Part shown: positions 12,705 to 27,009 of the stretch, piece by piece
How the letters are laid out: every line of letters begins with the position of its first letter
How positions within the stretch are numbered: position 1 is the first letter of the stretch
DNA from: Eledone cirrhosa
Taxonomy: Eukaryota
Assembly: GCA_964016885.1 (NCBI GenBank)
Contig: OZ024741.1
Location: 389,856,001 to 389,920,000, forward strand
Length of the DNA stretch: 64,000 bases
Reading direction: 5' to 3'
Notes under the pieces: model-generated
What the model was told of the DNA's origin: nothing
Seen by the model: the letters and a program-made list of their open reading frames with translations, nothing else
Database searches by the model: none
Made by a program: the position numbers and the translations under genes

Positions 12705-14270
12705 CATATGGAATAAATTTAGGGACAATAGAATATCAAGATAGGGATATTTCAAGGGGAGAGACAGCCTGTCACCACTGATGTTTATAATGTGCATGAT
12801 ACCACTGACAATGATTTTGAGAAAAGCTAAGTCTGGCTATGAATTCAAAGGTCGCCAGCAAAAAGTCAACCACTTATTATTCATGGACAACCTCAAGCTT
12901 TATAGTAAGAATGAATCCCAGCTTGGTTCCCTCGCTGATACGGAATATACCTTTAGTGCTGACATCAGAATGGAGTTCGGATTAAAAACGTGAGGTGTGT
13001 TAATCTTGAACAGAGGCAAAATTAAAAGCATTGAGCGGCTTGTGCTGCCATAATGGAAGGTTATGAAGCAAAGAGAAGAGGAAGGTTATAAGTACTTAGG
13101 GATATTGGAAGTTGATAAGATAATGCAGGAGGAAATGAAAAGAAAATTTAGGGTGGAATACATGTGCAGACTAAGACTTATTCTCAGGTCATAACTGAAT
13201 GGACGGAATAAGATGGAAGCTATCAATACATGGGTGGTATCACTCCTTAGATATGGGGCAGGTGTGATCACTGGACAGTAGAAGAGCTAAACAGTTTAGA
13301 CCGAAAGACAAGAAAATATTGACTAGATATGGGGTATTTCACCCAAAGAGCAACATAGACAGATTATATGTACCAAGAAAAAGAGGAGAGCAAGGACTGA
13401 TGGAGTGCGAAGACAGCATTGGAACAGAAGAAAATAACATGGCGTGGTACATAAATAATTCCACAGAACCAGTGTTGCTGGAAGTAAGAAGGTCAGGGAT
13501 GTACAAAATAGAAGATTGCAAAGAAAAAACACAGGACAAGCATTCGAAGATGGATGAAACTGAAAGTAGACGGACAGAGAATGTATGGATGAATCCATAG
13601 AAATGTTGAAGATAGGACAGAGAAAAAAGCTGGTTAGGGATGGCTAAAAGTGATCTTTTAACCATCTTTTGACCAAGTGGTGATCGCACCTGACTCCGGA
13701 AACAGAAGCCTTAATTTGTGCTCTAAGAATTAATTACATCAAGCATAGAGTACACCACACAGCAGAAAGTGATAAATGTAGAATGTGTGGCATGAATGGA
13801 GAAACTGTATGGCATATTACCAGTCAATGAACACCACCTCTAGCTCAGAAAGGATATAAGAGACATCATGACAACATAGCAAGGCTAGTCTATTGGGCAC
13901 TTTGTGTCAAATATGCACTTGACAGAGCAGATATGTGGTACGAACATAACCCTGAGGACGTCATTGAAAAAGATAATGCAGATATCCTGTGGGACTTTGT
14001 GATACAGTGTGACCATGAGATTGAGCACAGGAGACCAGATATTGTATTAATTGAGTAAGAAAGCAAACAGTGTTGGATCATAGATATAGCCTGTCCAGTT
14101 GATAACAAGGTATGTGATATAGAAGGAAAAAAGTTTGATAGATATGACAGGTTAGCTTGGGAGGTTAAGCAGTTGTGGTCACTGAAAAAGGTGGTGGTAA
14201 TAGCAATAATAGTTGGAGTTTTGGGAACAGTGAGTAGGGACCTTGAGAAGTACATTGAATAAATAGGATG
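12705..14270 (+). mobile_element. Decayed R4/Dong-clade non-LTR retrotransposon (RT plus restriction-like endonuclease)
   Basis: DSLSPLMF, VNHLLFMDNLKLY, FHPKSNIDRLYVPRKRG, C-x2-C knuckle, WDFVIQCDHEIEHRRPDIVL..WIIDIACP. Confidence 0.85.
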
Positions 14271-14432
14271 GAAAACTAATCAAAAACATCTCCACTGCTC
14301 CGGGTGTTACCTCAGTTCACTGGTAGTGAACAACTAACACTGCAATATATCTCTAGCATTCGAAGCTGAGTGAAGAAACAACAACAATAATAATAATGAG
14401 TAGGACCATAGTATCAATAAAGCATCAGAAAT

Positions 14433-14770
14433 GGAGGCACATGGCTTAGTGGTTAGAGCATTGGCCTTGCAATCGAAAGGTTGTGAGTTCAATTCTCAGA
14501 CCGAGTGATGTGTTGTTTCCTTGAGCAAGACACTTTATTTCACATTGCTCCAGTTTACTCAGCTGTAGAAATGAGATGATAGGGACTGGGGTCCATATCA
14601 TTCCACTGCAAAGTGGTCATGTAGGTGCCACGGCAAAAAAGCACCCAGCACTCACTGTATATGAGGTTGGTGTTAGGAAGGGCATCCAGCTGTAGAAATC
14701 AAGCCAGAATCAGTTCCCGTCCCACCCTTGCAAGCAGGGAAAAGCGGACGTAAAATGAAATAATGATGAT
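14433..14770 (+). mobile_element. tRNA-derived SINE with RTE-type 3' half
   Basis: A-box TGGCTTAGTGG, B-box GAGTTCAATTC, CCTTGAGCAAGACACTT core; 3' half matches the RTE 3'UTR at 35284-35550; (ATG)n tail. Confidence 0.88.
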
Positions 14771-17700
14771 GAAATGAAACCAAGCTAAAACAGTTCTGTG
14801 TGAGCAAGACATAGTCATCTGATCTGACTTGTCTCACAACAGGACAACTTGTCTAACCCATGTTAGCGTGGAAAATGGACATTAAATGGTGTTGATGATA
14901 ATGATGATGATTAAGATAACATGACTAAATGCTTTAGTTTTGTTGTTTTTATTCAAATCCTGTGAGTGTCAATATTACATTTCCCTGACTTTTTAAAACA
15001 ATTAAGTAACAGTCATATACTAGTATCAGTTCAGTCAAGTACACTACCTTCTCTACAAATATTGGGTTTTGTGTTTAACCAAAATAGATTAGTTTATTGT
15101 AATGTAATCAGTGTTATAAAGTTTTAAGCTTCTTGTCAGCTTTGATTCTTGATCAGAACTATATCCCTGCACATGTAGGTGTGTCACAACTTCCTATTGT
15201 CTCTTCTGTAAAAAATATTTTAGGCTGATACCTATATTATAAGTTTCAATCAATTACCTCAGATTTAGCCCTTTTCTTACCATATTTCTAAGGGCAGCAA
15301 ACTGGTAGAGTCATTAGAACGCCGGATAGAATGCTTTGCGGTATATTTTCTGGCTCTCTGAGTTCAAATCTTGCTGAGGTCAGCTTTGCCTTTCATCCTT
15401 TCAAGGCAGTCAAGTTGATTCCTCCTCTATATCTCTTTCTCACTTCCTCTCTCTCACTTTCTATCCTTCTCTGGAAGAAATCTGCCTGGAGAGGAATGGA
15501 ATCCACCAAGCTTTAAATGCCCAAGAAATGTTGTATGCCACTATGGCGCCACTACAACTCCATCAAGAGTTACGGAACCAAACCATACATACCGTTACCA
15601 TATTTCTAATTTTAGAAATAATCAAATATTTTGGAATAATTTAGTAAAATAGATACATTTTCTATTTATCAGCTAACATTTGCAACATTGCTTAACGAAA
15701 ATCAATTTGATAAAATTATGATGAGAGGTTTTAGTATAAGTATGAACACTTTAAAATGGTCAATTTTGTATCAAAGAAGCAGAAGCAGTGGCAGGCTGGC
15801 TTGTATAAAAAGATGTAATAGCCACTTGTTATACTTCTGATATGAAATAAATTCCTTTCTCTAGAAAGGTGAAGATATAACTGCTACCCAGTACAGTAGA
15901 TCATGTGGTTCTGCTATACAAGTAGAAGTACAAAATATGACAAGACAAAAATATATTTAGCAAAATGTAAATAAAAACTTAACAAAGTATTATTCATTTT
16001 GACACTAACTTAGCTGAAACTTGTTCTAGTTCTATGAAACAGGATCCCTCAGCATAATTTTGTATGCATGCATGGTTCCATAACTCCTGTAGAGCCACAT
16101 TTTTGACATATGGCATTTCTAAGGCAATTTTAAATCTGGTAGAGCCCATTTCCTCCTTAAGTCTTAATACAACAGATTTCTTGCAGAAGATAGAGAATGA
16201 GTGAGAGAATGGAAGTGAGAAAGAAATTTAGAGGAAGAATCAACCCCATTACTTGACTGGTACCCTTTTTTTTTTTATCTTTGTAATGAAATAATTGAAT
16301 AATTAGTTATTTTATTAAATCCCACCAAATCTTTCAATTATTAATTGAAATAGAGTATATTTAATTAAAAACACTGACATAAACAAGTTAAAAGCTTAAA
16401 GTACTTTTCTTTGTCCCAACTGAAAATTTAGCTTAGTTTCTGTTTCATCTCAGAGAAATTTTTCTGAATCTTAGAAGAACCAACTACCTCAAACAAAAGG
16501 AATTCCATCAAGACACAAGAATGCCTAAGTATTTTTCTATGACAATCTTACCAACTTGGTATGCTATTTCAGTTCTTTTAGGTTTGATAAAATAAATAAC
16601 CTGTTATTTTGTATCATATCCTAAATTTGTGGTTAGCTAACTCTATCAGATTTGATCTGGTTTTTGAGCAATTTTTAGGTTAACTATGTCCCTAGTACCA
16701 TTTAAGAGTGCATGTGTCTGTGGAATGCTCAGCCACTTACATGACCATTTCATTGAATGATTGGAGCATTCATCGTCAGAAACAATGAAGGTACTCTCTA
16801 AAAAACACATTTACAAGGAAGCATACTAAATCTAGGAAGTTAAGGTTTTTGACCAGTTGTCTTTCTATTTTCAAGCAGCTATGATAAGACAGTGTAGAGT
16901 GTCTTGCTTAAGAAAACAGTGTTTATTATAATATATTTATAGAATTTTATATCTACTTCCCTAAATTAAATTTTATTATAGATGTATAGAAATGTCTAAA
17001 TCACCTCTTTCTTAAAATAGAATTCTATAGCATTAATTTTCTAAAATATACTTGTCTGATATGAATTTCTTAGACAATGACATTTGTAAGCATTTTGTGT
17101 TCATAAATTTTAGTTGAATAATTACTTAAAGGAAAATCAAAATAGCAACATGGCTGAATAGATAAGGTATTGGTGTGTGAGCTTAGCAATACAAGTTCAA
17201 TTCTGCCATTATTGTTTCCTTCATTTTCTGAACATTTCATTCTAAATCACCTGACTTCATTAATACAGTATGGGGGGGGGGGGGGGTTTAATTATCATGA
17301 ATTGGTATTTTCTGGCAACATTAGAAGTAGGTTATTTTTTTATGTAGAGTCCACTCTGTAAAGTAGTTGTGTTAGTGACAAAAAGCACCCAGTCCACCCT
17401 GTCAGTTGATCATTTTGGTGCCTCAATAAAAAGTACCCAGTCCTACCTATCAGTTTTTCATGTTAATGACATAACAAAAACACCCAGTTCACACTGTAAA
17501 TATTGGTGTTAATAAGGGCATCCAGCCATAGAAACCAAGCCAGAAACAGTTCTGTGTGGGCAAGACATGGTCATCTAATCTGATTTGTCTCACAATGGGT
17601 CAACTCATCTAACCCATGCCAGCATGGAAAAATGGACAGTAAATGGGAATGATGATTATGATATGTAATATACTAGTATCCAATCCAAGTGGGCATTTTT

Positions 17701-18949
17701 ATCTCATCTATCTATCTCTTGAGTATTTTGTTAGTATTCAAATCAGTACATATTGTAGTTTACCCCTTGACCTAGAAGAAATAGCAGTTAAGTTTTCCTC
17801 AAATCACACCATAGTGTTTTAAAAATAAATAAGACACATGGAATAATGGAGTCCTAGATGCTCCTACATAATATAATCGTGACAGAAATACTATATTCGA
17901 CTTAAGTTCATTGGAAATAGTTTCAACTTTTGATACCAAACCGCCTAAAACTGTTCCTTGTTCAATATTACAAAACTGTTTATTTTAAAGTGTTTATAAA
18001 AAAAACTTTCAATCAGAATTTTATGTTAAGTGGTGTTCCAAACACCAGTTTAATAATGAGAAACTTAGTTATTTTACTAAATCCCTCCAAATTCTTGATT
18101 ATTTTCAAAATTATTTGAAAATGATAGGCAGAATCTATCATTAGAGATGGAATGAAAGGGTTTAGCCACTAGACTGATTGCAACCTTAGTTCACTAAGAA
18201 TGTACTATTTAATCTATAATTCTTGCAAATACTGGAATAATTATTGATGGCCTTAACTTTTTTTTTTTCTTTTATAAACCAATTCCTATACTCTAAAGTG
18301 TTGTAGTTGTTGTTGTTGCTTAGCGCCAGGTCAGTCCTCGCAGAACAGACATATAATTAAATGTATTCTAGCTATGACCATCTCGTTTCCGGAAGCATTG
18401 CATATCTAGGAATATATAATCCAATTTGTCCACCCATTTTCATGGTGATAGTGTATAATTTGTGGAAAATGTTACTATTTCTAGTAAATCTAGCTACTGC
18501 TTGAAATGGTATTTGTTGTGTGTGTATGTGTATATAGTAGTAAAAAAAATAGGATATAGTCAAGTATCCTGCACATACTTATACATTTGACTTAGGCTGT
18601 GTAATGTTGCTGCAAAAGGGTGTCCAGCTATCATGACTGCTTCGCCAAAATGTATAGATGCCTGGAGACAACTGAATAAACATATAAGATGGATCGATTG
18701 AAAGCAATGAAGTAGGAATGGAAAACTTGGAATGAGTCATAGTGACTTGTTTTTCGGAAAGATTATTGAGAATATGTCCTTGACTAGAACAAATTGTTCA
18801 TTAAGTTGATTAGCAGTTTTTAAAAAGTCATAAAGAAAAAGAAAAAATGTTACTTTCTTTCAATCTTTTAGGCCTAACTCTAGTTAAATGATGGCTGTGA
18901 GGGAATTAACAGATAACAAAATTAAAACAAAAAGGTTCCTCAATAGGGA

Positions 18950-19625
18950 GGAGACATTCGAGGGTCATTCATAGAAAAAAACCCCCCATAAAACCACGGA
19001 TGCTCTGATTTCTAGGGTAAGTGCCCTGTCCCAGTTGTTCTCCTCCAATCTACACTCAGAGCGGGCCATTCCACTTGGGCCATGCCCACTTCTCTCACCC
19101 ACCTTTCAACAAATTACTTTGAAGGCAGCACTTCTCTCTCTATTCCTATTTTCCTCCTCAAGTGAATCTGAAGAAGTTAATCAGGGCTTCACCAAAAAGG
19201 AAAGTGCTCATCTTCAAACCTTTCAAGTGTGTCCATCATACAACCTTTTTCACCATGGCTACATGACATAAAAATGGCCTGCCCTTCTTGACTAAAAGAA
19301 GGCGGCGGGACAATCTTCTCAATGGACTCAGTTGATAACCGAATTTGTCCTACACGCGACAACAGGTGTTCGACATAAACCCACAAGTCAGCAACGCTCG
19401 GACAATGGACGATTGCATGGAGAATGGTTTTATCACCCTGCACGCATCTCGGCCAGGCCTGGCTTACAGCACTTCTATGCCTATAGAGTTTATCTCGAAC
19501 TGGCAAAGCTCCTTGGTAGCAATGCCAGGCCAGGGATTTCTGGAATTTATCCATGGGCCCTGGACCGTAAGTCCTCTCAAAAAGAGTGGCTAGTTAATTT
19601 CTGTCAATGTCTAGAGTTTCCGTAA
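18950..19625 (-). mobile_element. L1/Tx1-like LINE C-terminal (zf-RVT) fragment
   Basis: W.CYQGALPVRDKL...(C)PRC..GD.TILHAIVHCP.VADLW. Confidence 0.7.
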
Positions 19626-19869
19626 GAACTTTTTCAAATTTTCAAAAGTCATAATTTCTCATGGTGAAGAGAAAGAACAAATTATCTGTACTATAAATAG
19701 TATCACTCCCTTCCTCTGTGTTCTGTTAATATAAGAAAAGACAACAATAAGTTACTGAGAAGAAGGAAGGTAGCAGACAAAGACCAAATACAACAAAATC
19801 AGCAGCAACATTAGATGTGGGTAGCTTCAATTTACCAATCCCCTTTTTAGGGGAGAATGAATAAATGAA

Positions 19870-21620
19870 TAAAAATAATAATAACATCAGAAAGTAACAA
19901 CAAAACTACTGCACCAAAAGGAAGACAAAAAACTCAATGTATCAAATTAACTCGTGAAGAATATAAAGAAGTGATATACTCATTCTATCACTCATTGGGA
20001 AAACCATCGGAATCAAAACACACAGTAAATTCTTTTAGGGTATGGAGGGAAAGAAATCCAGAAAATCTGGACAAAAACAAACTTTTGAAATTAAGACGAA
20101 AGTTGAAAAAGATTTAGAAATACCAATCAGAAAGGGATAGAAATTAATATGTGACATAAGAGACACCACAAAATGTATTGACTATATTATCACCAGGAGA
20201 GATTTCACTGAACATTGAAGATATCAGAAACACAACAGAACACAACGGCAGGTTGACAATAGGGATGGGGGTACTTCAACTTATGAATACAAAGATCAGA
20301 TAGAACAAACAAAACAAGAAATTATCAACGAAATTGGAAAGATAAAAAGCATTAGTATGGGTGAAAGAGAGTCCTTACAAACATTGACAAGCAACAACTA
20401 GAACAAAAGACACAAGAACTGGAAATCAGGCTGTTAAAGCAACAATTGAAGAGGTGGAGTCTGATATATCAGAACTGAATGAGGTTATTTATGCAGCAGC
20501 AACAGTAATAGAGATGAAATGTGGGTTAAGAAAAAAGCGAAAAGGACACAACACTTACAAAACCAGAATGGAAGATAAAAATTGAGAAAGAAATTGAAAT
20601 GATAAAGGGAGAATCTGTGAAATCAAGAAATGGAAGGAAAGTGATTAAGAAATACAAAGTAACTTCAAAACCTGATATTCCATCAATCAAAGAAACCTTG
20701 AAACAGAAATTACAGCTGAAAGCTCAAAGAATCAGAAGATTTGAAAAGTGAAATAGGTTTTGCAGGTAAAATAAGTTGTTTATGTCTGATGCTAAAAGGT
20801 TTTATTGGGACACAGACAATTCAAGTAAAGGAACCTCCTTCACTTCATGAAATTGAAGAAATCTGGAAAACCATATGGAGTACAGAAAAATCTCATAATG
20901 CAAATGCAGAATGGATAAAGAACATGGAAGAAACATACAAAAATTTAGAAAGGCAAACTTGGCAAAACATAACTTTGGAAGAAGTGGAATTGGCACTAAA
21001 TAAGCCAACAAATGGAAATATGGAATTGATAAAGTGCCAAACTTCTGATTATCTTCTCTAACCCATTATATGTTGGTAATGTGTTATAAGGAAATCATGC
21101 ACAATCCTAAGAAAATTCTTGACTGGTTTGCATAAGGTATAACATATTTCTTGCCAAAATCAACAGAAACAAATATTCCCCAAAATTATCGTCCTATCAC
21201 TTGTGAAGGGCCATAAAGAGAAAACATGTTTCTTAATTGACATGAGCATTCCACCAGATCGTAACATCTCAAAAATGTTTGGAAATCTCAGGAAGTATAA
21301 AGATCTATTAACTGAAATTGAGAAAATGTGGCATCATAATGCCTGTAGAAAACCAGTGATAGTCAACGCACTTGGAATGATAAAAAAGGGCACTGAAAAA
21401 TATTTGGCCTGAATACCTGGAAAGTCATCTCTGCAAGAGATACAGAAAATAGTGCTGACTAGCTCTATCCATGTCCTGAAAATGGCATTATCAATTTAAA
21501 AACCTTGCAAAGACATTTACTGTAGTTTGTGCCCTTGTGGCATCATTTGTGTGACAATTGATTGTATGTGTATTACCAAAACTTGCTTTGGGTGTCAGGT
21601 TGACAGAATTAAAAGGAACT
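19870..21620 (+). mobile_element. Decayed R4/Dong element with large internal deletion
   Basis: N-terminal region (KLQLKAQRIRR, IWKTIWS, LPKSTETNIPQNYRPITC) joined directly at ~21205 to endonuclease CFLIDMSIPPDRNI..KYKDLLTEIEKMW..PVIV.ALG. Confidence 0.75.
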
Positions 21621-23928
21621 TTCAAATAATGATAATAATAATGGTGGTGATTGCAGTGGTGTTGGTGATGATATTTGTGATGATGCTCATGATAGTGGTG
21701 GTGATGATGTTGGTGATGGTGGTGGTTGCAGTGATGGCAGTGGTGTTAGTGATGGTGGTAGTGTGATAATGATGTTAGTGATGGTGGTGGTTGTGGTGAT
21801 ACAGAATAATTACTTGATTAGAAAGAATTATCAGGAAAGTCCTTGCATTGTTCAATCAACAGAACAGCTTTCTCGTGAAATTAACGTTCAAATAGCTGAG
21901 AATTCCACTGACACATGAACCCCTTAACATTATTCTCTGGAAGATTCGGCTTAACACATTGTGAAACACGGCTGGCCCTTTCAATTACAGATGCAGTCCA
22001 AATAAGTGAAAGAACAAGAATATTCTTCATCCTACACTATGAATTGTGATTTGATAGGAAGTGTAATTAAACTTGGGTCATCACATCAATACTGTGTAAC
22101 AATAACAACAGCAATGATAATAGTAAAGTTCTCTAACATTGACACTAGGATAGACATTTTAGGTAAAGAGTTGTCAAATTAATTCAGCCCTTGATTATAT
22201 TTATTATTATTTATTTATTTATAAGTACCAGTAATGCACTGGGTAATTGCTGGCCTTGTGCCTAAAGTAGAAACAATTATTATTTATTTATTTATTCAAT
22301 CTAAATGTCTGTATAATGATAGTAAGCCATGATAGACAAGGGAAGTATCTAGTACTTCTTACAGTTGTAAAACAAAAACAAGATAGACAAAGATAAGTAA
22401 ATATAAAAATAATATTTAAATAGGGAATGTCAACTGGAGTCAAAATAACCATTAAAGACAGATAAAGAAAAAATAGGAAGCAAGGGAAGCTGTAAAGCAG
22501 CTAGGAAGTTCTGTTGTTGAATCTTTTCATAACCTCCATGTACTTAAAGATTTTATTTATAGTTGGTAGATCTTTTACAATATATTGTATCTCCAATATT
22601 GGTACTTTTTTAATGATCAGCTTCAAGATGTCCTCTTTCAGTACCAATAGAACTGTGTAACTGGAACAGAACCTCTCAAATATTCCCATTGTACCAAAAG
22701 GTGAACAACAATTTTAACTCTTTCATGACTGTATTTCTAATCAAATGCATTCTATTTCAATTAATTAATGAACAATTCTAAGGAATTTTAATTTAAATAG
22801 GAACACTTTAAAATGGGTGGTTTTGTTTCATTGAACCAGAGGCAGTTTTGGCCTGGCCAGTATCAAAAGGGCTAAGCACTTATTCTTAGTTTTTTTCCAT
22901 GTGTCATACATAGTCTTTTGTTTACCACCAATCTGTTTGGTAATTGGAGTACCTAGTTGAAACCTGTTTTAGCAAAAATTGCAAGAGTGAACAAGACTAC
23001 ACTCTGCAGATGCTTGTAGGTTGAATAATGCCAGTTGGGAGAGGGGTACTCACCCTTTGAGATCAGGATGATTGTCTACTAGAATTAGACTAAATGTATT
23101 TAATTGAATACCTAATTTGTATACTATGTGTACTTGTATACTATGTGTACTTGTTACATATTTTTTCGCATTTCTATGTAAACCCCACTATCATGCTGTA
23201 ACATCTCTTATTAAAAATATACCCATGCAAGCACGGAAAAGCAGAAGTGTAATGGCTGTGATGATAATGATGATGATGAGTGTTTCTTTCTCATTTATTA
23301 ACTTGCATCTATTTATTTTTCTCTTCTAACCATTTAATTCTCTTGCATCCCTACTCTGACCCTCTGCTCCACACATTACAAACAGCATTTATATGATACT
23401 TTTAAACTTCCCACACTTCTTGTAACTTAGTTTTTTTGTCTGGCTTATATTTCATATTTGTTGAATAATTAATTTACTTTTCTACTTTTCAGTATATATC
23501 CTTTGTCTCATTTTTATGTGTTTTAATTTTGATTCTTGCATCAAGTAATCTATCTTTTCATTTTCAAAGATGGTGTGTTTGTTGTTAACAATTTCAGAAG
23601 TTGCTCAAGTTTATGTTGAAGTAGTTCAACACTGACTTCTGAACTCTTATCAATTATCTTCATAGTGAAGGTCATTTTGCTATATAACCTAATTTATTTT
23701 ATTTGCTGATCATAACCTCTACATAAGGTATATTTATAAAGGTAATTAGCCAATACAGAGCAATAAAACTGTTTTATGAGCTTGCTTATATTATTTAAAA
23801 GCCAAACAGACTAATTACTTTAAACTTCAGTGCTCATTTCTAAAAGCTGTTTGTACAAGGAATGTGATAACTGAAAAGTAGTCATACAAAAGCTATTTCA
23901 ATGGCAGTTGTTGTCATTAAATTGATTA

Positions 23929-24793
23929 TCTATATATCTAAAACAGAGAATGTCTGTCTGTCTGACTCCCTAAAACTCAAGAACCACCCAACCGATTTTT
24001 TTCATACATTACACATGTAATACTTATGGACGTGTGAGTGTTTTGAGCAAAAAATATTTCAAATTTTCAATGCCCTAGGGACTGCATTAGATAGCTATAA
24101 CGTCGCGCCCTTATAATATCTGTCTGTATGTCTGGTTGTCTGCATTACGACATTATGACACTATATGTGTGTGTATATATGTATATATAGTGTGTGTATA
24201 TATATAGTGTGTAACATTTTTCGAAATATTTACTTCTGCGTTCACAGATTGATTTTTTTAGTTTCAGAAGATCCTGTTAAGAGTGAAAGCAACGATTCTT
24301 TGCTTAAACTTTAATCTGTTATTTTAATATATATATATATATATATAATTATATATTTGTGTGCAGGTATTTTTGCATACACAATAACAAAATATAAACA
24401 AACGTATTTATTTCACGAGGCTCGATAAGCATAAATATATATCAAAATCAAATATATAAGAACCCTAGAGCAAATATTGTTCTCATTGCTGACGAGGCAG
24501 AGGGGGATATACATGATTGGCTGAAGACGGACGAGACTGTGTTAGTAGTACGACCAACAGCCACTATCACACCAACAGCAGCAAAAACAACAACAAAAAA
24601 GAGAGGGAACGCAATTACATGCTTTTGAAAAATCTTAATGGAAAATTATTTGCCTATTCACCCAAGGCCACTTCACTTTTTATTAGGACTTCTGCATCAA
24701 TTGGTGAACATACAACGAAACTGTTTCAGAAAGGAGTGATAAACATGCCAATCTATGTTTAGAATCCCGAGCAACGCCGGGCCATTCTGCTAG
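23929..24793 (+). mobile_element. Non-autonomous Helitron
   Basis: A|TCTATATATCTAAAAC..TGTCTGTCTGTC start; CCCG(AGCAACGC)CGGG hairpin 24766-24781; CTAG|T end; second copy at 51319-52043. Confidence 0.88.
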
Positions 24794-26529
24794 TACTTCC
24801 TAATTTGAATTTGAGAAATTAGCAGGACAATAGAGGAAATTTGCTCAGTCTGCCTAGTTGACTATAGGTTTTATTTTTCATATTGAAAATCATAAATTTA
24901 TCATTAATCAAGAAATAGCTGTGAAATGAGCAAATAGGTATATTGTTTACTGCAATCAACACCATCTGTCTTCAATACTTAGAAGGTGGTTAGCGTGTTC
25001 AGCTCATGATTGTAAGTTTGTGAGTTTGATTCCCAGAAAGGGTGATGCGTTGTATCTTTGAACATGACACTTTATTTCATGTTGCTCCAGTCCACTCCAC
25101 TAGCAAAAGTGAATTGTACCTGTAATTGAAGCCTTGTCCCACATTGTGTCATACTGAATCTCCCTGAGAACTATGTGTCTGTGAAATGCTCAACCACTTA
25201 CACATTAATCTTATGAGCAGGCAGTTCCGTTGATTGGATCAGATGGAGCTCTTGTCAGAAACCATGGCGGTCCAACGACACTTATACTCTGAAGAAACTA
25301 ACAAATTACCATTCTGATTAGAGTCCCACCCTTGCAAGCAGGGAAAAGCGGACGTAAAATGATGATGATGATGATGATGATTAGCACCCAGTACTGTAAG
25401 GTGGTTGGTGTTAGGAAGGACATCTAGCATAAAAAAGATTTCCAAACAAGGGGTTGGGAGGACCCTTCAGTTTGTGTCAAAAGACATAACAACTTCTCTG
25501 CATTCGATATGACCATACATTAGTGAGAAGCAAACCCTTTGGCCTGTCTAGGAGGTTAGTAGCCCTGCTTCAGTATTGATTTGGTCTATGTATGACCATC
25601 CAACCCTTGCTAGCTGCGAAAGTGAAAATTAAATGAGGATGATGATGAAGATGAGCACTACCAGCACCACTATCATCTATACCATCTCTAATCAACACAT
25701 TGAAGGAGTCTATATGTGGTTGCTCAACCTGCTACAAATAGCAGCTAAATCTCATTCAAATGTCAGCGTCTTAAATAGGGATTAATATAGTGAGTTAATA
25801 GTTGTGAAAATAAAAGATTAAATTATCTTGGATTGAATGCCAGTTGAATGATGTAAGTTTGGTTCATAGAAACACATGTCCATTTATAGAGAACATCTGA
25901 CAGTGATCCTTCTAATTTCTGGGGAAGGTCTTTTTTTAAATAATCACACAAACTGTAATCTGACAACACCATTCCCCAAAAATCTATTCATAAATAGAAG
26001 ACATTTCCAAAATGATACTGATAACAATAAAAACAGGAAATACTGATATCTTCCTTTATACATCACAGTTCCACATAGATCTTTATTATCATCATCATTA
26101 TCATCATCATATCCGCTTTTCACACTGGCATGGGTTAGATAGGATTTCATGGTCTGGGACCAGAAGGGTTGGAGCAACCTCATCTTACTCATACGCTCAA
26201 TATTTGGCATCGAACTACAGATGGATGCTCTTCCTAACACCAGCCACCTTACAAAGTGTACTAGATGTGTTGCATTGTGCTACCAGTATTAGTGATGTTG
26301 TCATCCTTATCCAGACCAAAAAGTCCTCTTAGGCCATTGAATATATAAAAAAAATCCCAGCACTTCACATCATCATCATCATTGTTTCAACATCCGCTTT
26401 TCCTGCTAGCAAGAGTTGGACTGGTCCTTATAGACCAAGTCAGTTCTGAAGTGGTGCCACTGATCTCCCAGGCAGGCCAGGGACCTGTGTCTTGCTTATG
26501 TATAGTCTTGTAGCAAGAGTTGCCTCCCT

Positions 26530-26917
26530 TGTTATGACGATCACATCACCAGTAGCACTCTCTAGACAGGAAGTAGCTGGAGTTACTTCCCGTTGAGGTG
26601 GCAGAACCTTCTTAGGAACTTCCGTCCAGGGAACTATAAAACGAGAGAGCTGAAAGCTATCTCTCTCTTTTAACCTGCCTGGCCCTTCGACCAGGCGCGT
26701 TCCGCCGAGGGTATACTCTCTGGCAACCTGAACATGGTAATGTAAAGACCTCTTGGTCTCTTGCGCGCTGACTTCAAAACGGTAAACAACTAACTTTAAT
26801 TCATCCTTTCATCTCTCTTGGCATGTCAACTATTCTGCTCTACATAGCTCAACCTTGTTAAAATTAAATAAACATTGTACATACAACCCAGTGTCCTGTT
26901 ATAATTGGTGACCCTGA
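26530..26917 (+). mobile_element. LTR with adjacent primer-binding site (Gypsy-like), truncated
   Basis: Starts TGTTATG; TATAAA at ~26635; AATAAA at ~26867; followed by TGGTGACCCTGA; the terminal CA is not intact. Confidence 0.5.
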
Positions 26918-27009
26918 GAAAAAAATAATAGGATCTGGTGTTGTGTGAATATGCATGCTGCTAACCCTCATGAACTTTGATCATTTCTGATGTAAGGGTT
27001 AGCTTTTAG

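Noticed and set aside
14433-14505. tRNA genes at SINE heads
   Set aside because: A/B boxes only; no intact cloverleaf; sequence continues into the SINE body
22501-22689. 62-aa ORF as a host exon
   Set aside because: No recognisable domain or splice support; possibly an old LINE C-terminus
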